Source: Eledone cirrhosa (Eukaryota). From it: 64,000 nucleotides of DNA. Within the stretch, counting starts at the first letter, position 1. Every line of letters starts with the position of its first letter. The stretch covers positions 20,398,001 to 20,462,000 of the forward strand of contig OZ024759.1 of assembly GCA_964016885.1 (NCBI GenBank), given 5' to 3'. The position numbers and the translations under genes were made by a program. The notes below the pieces were generated by a model. It was given only the letters and a program-made list of their open reading frames with translations. It did no database searches and was not told the origin of the DNA. Below are positions 56,013 to 64,000 of the stretch, piece by piece.

Positions 56013-56332
56013 TTCTTTAGCCTACTCCTAGTGAAACACACAGCCTATAATTTTCAAATAATCACTGACGCCGATAGGACCGAATAAATCTGAATCAATG
56101 CAGTGCTCCAGCATGGACATAGTCTATTAGCTGAAGCCACTAAAAGAATAAATCAAGACTACCTGTTCAATGATTGCTGTTATTCAACAGGTTATGTAAC
56201 AAAACTTTGTTTCTTAACAAAAAATCAATATATTCAACATAAAATAAAAACAATAAAATATTTTTAAAAAAAAACACACATGAAATAAAAAACAAACTAA
56301 AGAAAAACAGGTATTTATTTTTTAACTCACTA

Positions 56333-56858
56333 GCATACATGAAATCGTTCACCATTACACACACACACTCACATACGCATACATGAAATCGTTCACCATT
56401 ACACATACACACACACACACACACACTCACATACGCATACATGAAATCGTTCACCATTACACACACACACACACACACACTCACATACGCATACATGAAA
56501 TCGTTCACCATTACACACACACACACACACACACTCACATACGCATACATGAAATCGTTCACCATTACACATACACACAGACACACACTCACATACGCAT
56601 ACATGAAATCGTTCACCATTACACATACACACACACACACTCATACGCATACATGAAACCGTTCACCATTACACATACACACACACACACTCATACGCAT
56701 ACATGAAACCGTTCACCATTACACATACACACACACACACTCATACGCATACATGAAACCGTTCACCATTACACATACGCATACATGAAACCGTTCACCA
56801 TTACACATACACACACTCATACGCATACATGAAACCGTTCACCATTACACATACACAC
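56333..56858. repeat. Minisatellite: constant gcatacatgaaa(t/c)cgttcaccatta + variable (CA)n
   Basis: About 11 units. Confidence 0.92.
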
Positions 56859-57390
56859 AGATAGTGACAAGTTAGTTTAGTTTTTCAGTCTTGCATAAAA
56901 ATCTGGCTTGAATAATCACAATAATTATGTTGAAATAAATGTCTCCTTTCTTTCTTTGTCTCTTTCTTTCTCTCTTGCTTTCTCTTTCTTTCTCTCTTTC
57001 TTTCTCTCTTTCTCTCTTTCTTTCTCTCTTTCTCTCTCTCTTTCTCTTTCTTTCTTTCACTCTTTCTTTCTCCCTTTCTTTCTTTCTTTCTCTTTCTCTT
57101 TCTCTCTCTCTATTTCTCTCTCATTCTCTCTCTTTCTCTCTCTCTCTCTCTCTACTTTCTTTCTTTTTCTCTTTCCTTCTTTAGTTCTTTCCTTCTTTCT
57201 CTCTTTCCTTCCTTTTCTTCTTACTTCATTAGTTAGGCTACTTTCTTTCTCATATTTTTATTCTTTAGCTTGTCTACTTGTTTATTTATTTCAATCTGCC
57301 CCTCTAACCTTCGACCAGTCTTTCCTCGTCTGTCTGTCTGTCTAATTGTCTAATTATCTGTGTGTCTGTCTGTCTGCCTGCCTGCCTGCC

Positions 57391-57456
<66 letters not shown>

Positions 57457-58693
57457 CCTGTCTGTCTGTATGTCAATTAGACAAATAGATATGACAGTTT
57501 GTCTATTTCTCTGTCTTTCTGTTTGTCTTTCTATCTGTTTGTCTGTCTTTTCATCTGTTTGTCTGTCTTTTCATCTGTTTGTCTGTCTTTTCATCTGTTT
57601 GTCTGTCTTTTCATCTATTTGTCTAACTGTTGGTCTAACTGCCTGTCTATTTGTCCGTTTGTCTATCTAGTTGTCTCTCTGTCTAACTGGTTGTTTGTAT
57701 ATTTCTAAACGTAACTTTACTACCATCATGATACCACCACCAGCATCATACAACCACCACCACCATACCACCACCAACACCACACAACCACCACCACAAC
57801 CACCACGATACCACCACCACCATACCACCACCACCACCATACCACCACCACTACCAACACCACCACCACCACCACACAACCACCACCACCACCACACAAC
57901 CACCACCACTACCACACAACCACCACCACTACCACACAACCACCACCACTACCACACAACCACCACCACCACCACACAACCACCACCACACAACCACCAC
58001 CACCACCACACAACCACCACCACCACCACACAACCACCACCACCACCACACAACCACCACCACCACCACACAACCACCACCACCACCACCACCACCACCA
58101 CACCACCACACAACCACCACCACCACCATACAACCACCACTACCATTAAAAAAATTCACTGTGGAATGGCAGTCCTTAATTAAAGACGAGTTTGTCACAG
58201 AATACCATTGCCTGCAGTCAAAATTGCATGAATGACTTCTAAATGATAAAATTCAATGATAACAGCAACAGGGGAAAATGGCCGCCTCATCAAGCGGCCA
58301 TTTTCACAACAATTGACTGGAAGGATACAAACTGCGTTTGTATTGGATATATATGTTTGTATATATATCTATATATGTATGTGTTTGTATGTACGAGTAT
58401 TTATATGTATATGTGTGTGTATATGTGTATATATATTTATATATGTGTGTGTGTGTGTGTATATATATATGTGTGTGTGTGCATATATACACATATATAT
58501 ATGTATATGTATGTATATGAATGTGTATATGTATGTATGTGTGTGTGTGTGTGTGTGTGTATATATGAACAGCGAGAAAAATAAAATCCTTCAGCACAAA
58601 ACGATATATCTATCTTGACTAGTTAATTTAGTTATTAACCGTGTGTGTGTGTGTGTATACATATAAATGTGTGTACACAAACACACACACAAG

Positions 58694-58727
<34 letters not shown>

Positions 58728-59325
58728 CCTGCATACCTACCCGGTGTTACCTAGGAAGAAGAAAATGTTATGATTTCTTCTCTCTGTTCTCTGAGTTCAA
58801 ATCCTGCTAACTTTATATAATAGATTGATTTCCTTCAGTGGAGATCCAGATCAATTATCTAACTGCACCGATAATTGGTGAAATGTATTCATGATTTATG
58901 AAGGATACATATAAGGATACATATATGATTTTTATTAGGTGTCCTCTCTAGTGCTGGTGGCACGAATAAAAGCACCCAGTCCATGCTGTAAAGTGGCACT
59001 GGTGTTAGGAAGGGCATCCAACCAGTGTATCAATGCCAAAACAATTATAAGCTTTCACCCTTGCAAGCAGGGAAAAGCGGACGTAAAATGAATGATCGAT
59101 ATTTTAAATTTTTGTTAAATTTTAATATGATACTGTAACAGTGTTCACACATTCTATACAGATTCTCTTGTTAAAGATTGATGTTCTATTGAGTGTGGAA
59201 GATAGACGTTAAACGATGATGATGATGTATGTATATGTCTGTGTGTGTGTATATATATATATATAATATATATATATATAGTGTGTGTGTGTGTATACAT
59301 TTTATTAAGGCTACATTGTGAGCCA

Positions 59326-59371
59326 TGTTTACTCTGGAGTTTCACCTGTTTATCACAGGGCCACCAGGCAA
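59326..59371 (-). ncRNA. Degenerate hammerhead motif
   Basis: Minus strand: CUGGUGG-c-ccugu(gauaa)acagg-u-GAAA-cuc(ca)gag-UA-aaca, with AATAAA downstream (59301-59306). The 3' half also occurs at ~45868-45890 (+). Confidence 0.45.
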
Positions 59372-59773
59372 GAAAAAGACCCATTTAATCTTAATAATAT
59401 ACACTCTATTTTAATTAATTAATGAAGAATTTTGAAGGATTTACTAAAATTATTTCATCATTTTGGAACATTTTAATTTAAACTGAAAACCTTTAAAATG
59501 TGTAGTTTTATTTTATTGAACCAGAGCCAGTTTTGGCCAGGTTTGTAACTAAAGGGTTAACGCTATATATTGTATGAAAAGAGTCTTTACAGTTTGGACA
59601 TTAGTTCTTCAGACGATTAAAAAAATAGAAATAGATAATGAAAAGTAGCAAGAGAGGGAAAAGTTTTGGAGAAAATGCACACGTGTTCAGTCAGCCATTT
59701 TGGGGGTAATGGTGATGGAACACGGTGTGTGTATATATGTCTATTTATCTATCGATCTATCTATCTATCTATC

Positions 59774-59805
<32 letters not shown>

Positions 59806-60330
59806 AATTTAGAAAAATCCAATAAGTTCTTCGAAAAAGCTTTTCTTTTCTTGATAGAAAAGAAAAGTTTTTCGAAGAACTTATTGGATTTTTCTAAATT
59901 TAAAGGTTTTCTTTTAGGAACTTTCATTGTTTGATAGGTTTTGCTGAGTGAAGAGCTCAGGCTATCATAACTGATAGTCCTCAGGGAAATATGTATAAAG
60001 GTGTTTTAAATAAACCTGAATCGACTGAATATGGCCTCCGATCTTTTATTAATAAATATTGCGCGCTCTGAGTTCAAATCCCGCCATGGTCAACTTTGCC
60101 TTTCATCCTTTTGAGGTTGATAAAAAACGTACCAGTCCTGTACTGGAGTCAATTCTTCCTCTGTAGAAAAAAATCAGCTGTGTTCAGACCTGGAGAGGGT
60201 TGGGCTCTGCCAGGTTTTAAAGTGCCCTAGACACCCCGTTTGACAGTGCCTCAATAACTCCACAAGTGGTTATGGGATATTTATCCTTTGAATATATAAA
60301 TGTGGTTGTATTAGGGTTAGAGAATTTTAT

Positions 60331-60412
<82 letters not shown>

Positions 60413-60444
60413 TGGCATTTGGAAGGGCAAGAAAACCTGTCAGA

Positions 60445-60564
60445 AACAGTTCCATACGAGCGAGACATGGTCACCCAACCAATCTTTCCTCAAGTAAGAC
60501 AAATCCGTCCGACCCATGCTAGCGTGGAAGATGGACGTTAAACAATGATGATGATGATGATGAT

Positions 60565-60566
<2 letters not shown>
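60445..60566 (+). mobile_element. Short retroelement 3' end with RTE-type tail
   Basis: atacgagcgagaca.ggtcaccc..ccaatct...acccatgctagcgtg.aagat...gttaaacaatgatg. A homologue lies at ~22385-22490, and shorter tails at ~44000-44045, 47950-47995 (-) and 48560-48605. Confidence 0.6.
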
Positions 60567-60606
<40 letters not shown>

Positions 60607-60674
60607 CTGTGTACATGTATAAAGACATAGAAGAAAGATAGATGGGAGAAAAGCAAGAAATGTTGACATTATTT

Positions 60675-60780
60675 ACCGAGGTTAACTTTGCCTTTCATCC
60701 TTACGGGGGTCGATAAAATAAAGTACCAGTAATACACTGGATTAATTGCTGGCCTTGTGCCTAAAGTAGAAACAATTATT
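60675..60780 (+). mobile_element. SINE copy, 3' half
   Basis: ccgaggttaactttgcctttcatccttacgggggtcgataaaataaagtaccag...agaaacaattatt. Another fragment lies at ~60067-60150. Confidence 0.75.
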
Positions 60781-61002
60781 GTAGTTGTTGTTGCTCTTAT
60801 TGTAGTTGTTGTTGTTGTTATTGCCCTTATTGTTGTTACCCTTGCTGTTGTTGTTGCCCTTATTGTAGTAGTTTTTGCCCTTGTTGCCCTTGTTGTAGTT
60901 GTTGGTGTTATTGCCCTTATTGTTGTTACCCTTGCTGTTGTTGTTGCCCTTATTGTAGTAGTTTTTGCCCTTGTTGCCCTTGTTGTTGTGGTAGTGGCAA
61001 TT

Positions 61003-61034
<32 letters not shown>

Positions 61035-61339
61035 TGTTGTTGCTGCTGTATGTAGATAGCTGTTGTAGTTGTTATTGTATGTAGATAGCTGTTATTGTTA
61101 TTACTGTAATTCAAATTGTTGTTGTAATCATTGCAGTAGCAGTTGTTGTTGGCCTTATTGTAGTTGCTGTTGTTCTTGTTGTTGTAAGTTGATAGCTTTT
61201 CTCTTACATCATGTATAATGCATATATTCTCTGTTTACAGCTTTGTATGTAAATAAGGGTTTTATTTTAAAAATAATACTTATTGGTTGTATGTGTATCT
61301 ATATATATATGTGTGTATATATATATATATATGTATGTG

Positions 61340-61372
<33 letters not shown>

Positions 61373-61483
61373 ATATATATATATACATGTATATATAAAT
61401 GAAAGTTTGACATTAAAACTCTCCTTACAGTCTAATTATGACTTGCTTGTACACACACACACACATGTGTGTGTATATATATA

Positions 61484-61533
<50 letters not shown>

Positions 61534-61622
61534 TACATCCATACTTAAATCTGCAACACCACCCACAAACATATAAATGTACACATACTCACACAATGCA
61601 TATATGAATATATCTGTGTATG

Positions 61623-61700
<78 letters not shown>

Positions 61701-61999
61701 CATATATATATATATATATATATAACATATATATATATATATATATATAACATATATATATATATATATATATATAACATATATATATATATATATAACA
61801 TATATATATATATATATATATATAACATATATAACATATATAACATATATATATATATATATAACATATATATATATATATATATATGTATACATACGTG
61901 TGTGTATATATGTATATACATACATGTGTATATGTATATTCATAAGTGCGTGTATACATGTATATGCACACGTGAGAGTATATGTATATGCATCCGCGA

Positions 62000-62048
<49 letters not shown>

Positions 62049-62580
62049 CATACATATTTACATAACGTGTATACACACGTTTTTGCGTATGTGTCACTGC
62101 ATAGATAGATGTATGTATGCATACATCTATACAGTGTCACAACCTATACAACACAAGTAATTCACTCACACCACATTCTATAAACCATAGATACTGACAT
62201 TTATTTAGCTTACATCTAACTGTTAATGTGTACATACCTTGAATTAGTATTTATTCAGTTAGTCTACAATACATTATAGTAAATCTTAACACTCGAAACC
62301 AATGGTTACTAAACCGTAAGCCTCACCACATTGGTGCATTGCGAGATGGAATTAGGTGCACTACAAAAGAACCAGACTGTATTTCAAAATATGAGATCAT
62401 TCACATCTAGATAAAGGACCAGATACTGCAATAGCTTGGGATTCAAACCCACTCACCTCACCTCACCTCACCTCACCTCACCTCACTCCTTCTGCTTTGG
62501 TTCTTTAATAAGCTGCCCCAAAAAATCCTGAAAAATCTACGTGGTGTGGATGCAGATGTTTTCAAGAAGCACCCCAGCCC

Positions 62581-62988
62581 CTCCCCAGCCCAGCACTGTA
62601 ATAGCCTGAGGTTCAATGTCCCATCCCCCAGGTCTTTATTAAGCTACCCTAAATAAAACCCCTGAAAAATCTACACGGTCTGTACGGAGATGTTTTCAAG
62701 AAGCATCCCAACATTCTGTTAATATCTCAGATGAACCCACAGCATTGCAAATCCCTGGGATTCGAAGCAACCCCCCCCCTCTCCCCAGCCCAGCACTGTA
62801 ATAGCCTGAGGTTCAATGTCCCATCCCCCAGGTCTTTATTAAGCTACCCTAAATAAAACCCCTGAAAACTCTACACAGTCTGTACGGAGATGTTTTCAAG
62901 AAGCATCCCAACATTCTGTTAATATCTCATATGAACCCACAGCATTGCAAATCCCTGGGGTTCAAAGCACCCCCCGCCCCTCCCCAGC
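62581..62988. repeat. ~201-bp tandem duplication in a degenerate array
   Basis: ctccccagcccagcactgtaatagcc occurs at 62581 and 62782. The subunit cctgaaaaatctac...gatgttttc appears four times over 62520-63055. Confidence 0.9.
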
Positions 62989-63187
62989 AAGGCTCTTTAA
63001 TAAGAGACTGAAAAATCCTGAAAAATCTACATGGTATGGATATAGATGTTTTCCAAAGGCATGGGCTGGGTCTGGGTCTTATCTGGGTCTGGTTCTTGGT
63101 CTGGTCTGGTTCTTGGTCTGGTCTGGTTCTTGGTCTGGTCTGGTCTGGTCTGTAGATTATTATATTTGGGGAGGGTCATGTTGTTAT

Positions 63188-63345
63188 AATATTGTTTCTA
63201 TTTTTGGCACAAGGCCAGCAATTACCCAGTGTATTACTGGTGCTTTATTTTATCGACCCCGTAAGGATGAAAGGCAAAGTTAACCTCGGCGGGATTTGAA
63301 CTCACACCATAAAGGGCCGTAACTCTTTGCTGCAAAGCATGGTGT
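63188..63345 (-). mobile_element. SINE copy
   Basis: Near-consensus reverse complement (tcgaccccgtaaggatgaaaggcaaagttaacctcggcgggatttgaactc). Confidence 0.8.
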
Positions 63346-63610
63346 CTCTGTGTGCTCGTGTGTGCTCGTGTGTGAGTCTGAGTGTGTTTGTATTCTATCT
63401 TTGGTCAATAGTGTGTATCGCCGAATATATGATACACACATACACACACACATGATCGATACTGGTTGTACCTTGAGCTGATCAATCGCGAAACGTTCAT
63501 CACACATGAATGCACATAATGATGCTATTTTGATACCTCGTTCCTACTCCTTAATATATATACATATATATATATATGTATATATAATATATATATATAT
63601 ATATATATTT

Positions 63611-63797
63611 GTGGGTTGGCAGTATTGGTAGAGCATCAGACACCATGCTTTGCAGCATAGATATGGCCCTTTATGTTCAGGGATCAAATCCTGTCGAGCT
63701 TAGCCTTGCCTTTCATCCTTACATAGTCGATTAAATAAAGCACCAGTAACGCACTGGGGTAATTGCTGGCCTTTTTGCCAAAAGTAGAAACTATTAT
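63611..63797 (+). mobile_element. SINE copy
   Basis: gtgggttggcagtattggtagagc...gcctttcatccttac...agtagaaactatt. Confidence 0.75.
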
Positions 63798-63812
63798 ATA
63801 TATATATACAAA

Positions 63813-63844
<32 letters not shown>

Positions 63845-63849
<5 letters not shown>

Positions 63850-64000
63850 TAAATAACAGATTAAAGAATCGCTGCTTTCACCCTTAACGATTCTTTGCTT
63901 AAACTTTAATCTGTTATTTTAATAAATATTTGCTCTACTGTTCTTATATATTTGATATATATTTATCCTTATTGAGCCTTCTTTGGATTTTAGTCTTCAA
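63845..64000. mobile_element. Internally deleted copy of the 25114 palindromic element
   Basis: Same termini and tail as 25114-25320, with the palindrome centre deleted (cccttaac|gattctttgc). Confidence 0.7.

Noticed and set aside
55244-56031. Repeating 80-aa ORFs (MQGPRMPKVMTETD...)
   Set aside because: The 106-bp period shifts frame in every unit and stops recur, so this is not a coding repeat.
605-62160. Numerous long ORFs (YI/HT/VC-, poly-V-, poly-T- and G/D-rich, e.g. 40620-42920, 26750-28507, 3875-4672, 7471-8250)
   Set aside because: They are translations of stop-free micro- or minisatellites, often open in several frames and strands, with no domain content or splice context.

Overview
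AT-rich, microsatellite-saturated eukaryotic non-coding DNA. The SINE repertoire and repeat landscape resemble an octopod cephalopod genome, which is inference from my recollection and not a database match. I find no convincing host protein-coding exon; nearly all long ORFs are translations of (TA)n/(CA)n/(GAT)n/(ACC)n tracts. The window holds about 20 copies of a tRNA-derived SINE (several in head-to-tail stacks), CORE-like SINE pieces, five copies of a ~220-bp TTAA-flanked piggyBac-type MITE, RTE and L1/Tx1-like LINE 3' remnants, and many minisatellites. The main signal is that short unique-looking islands between (TA)n tracts repeatedly contain type-I hammerhead ribozyme (HHR) motifs. I count about a dozen, from canonical to degenerate, in several sequence families. 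Many lie in fold-back inverted duplications, consistent with Penelope-like pLTR or retrozyme-like remnants. One multi-copy family carries a fixed non-canonical CAGAAGA core. A Tx1-like LINE appears to target (TATC)n.
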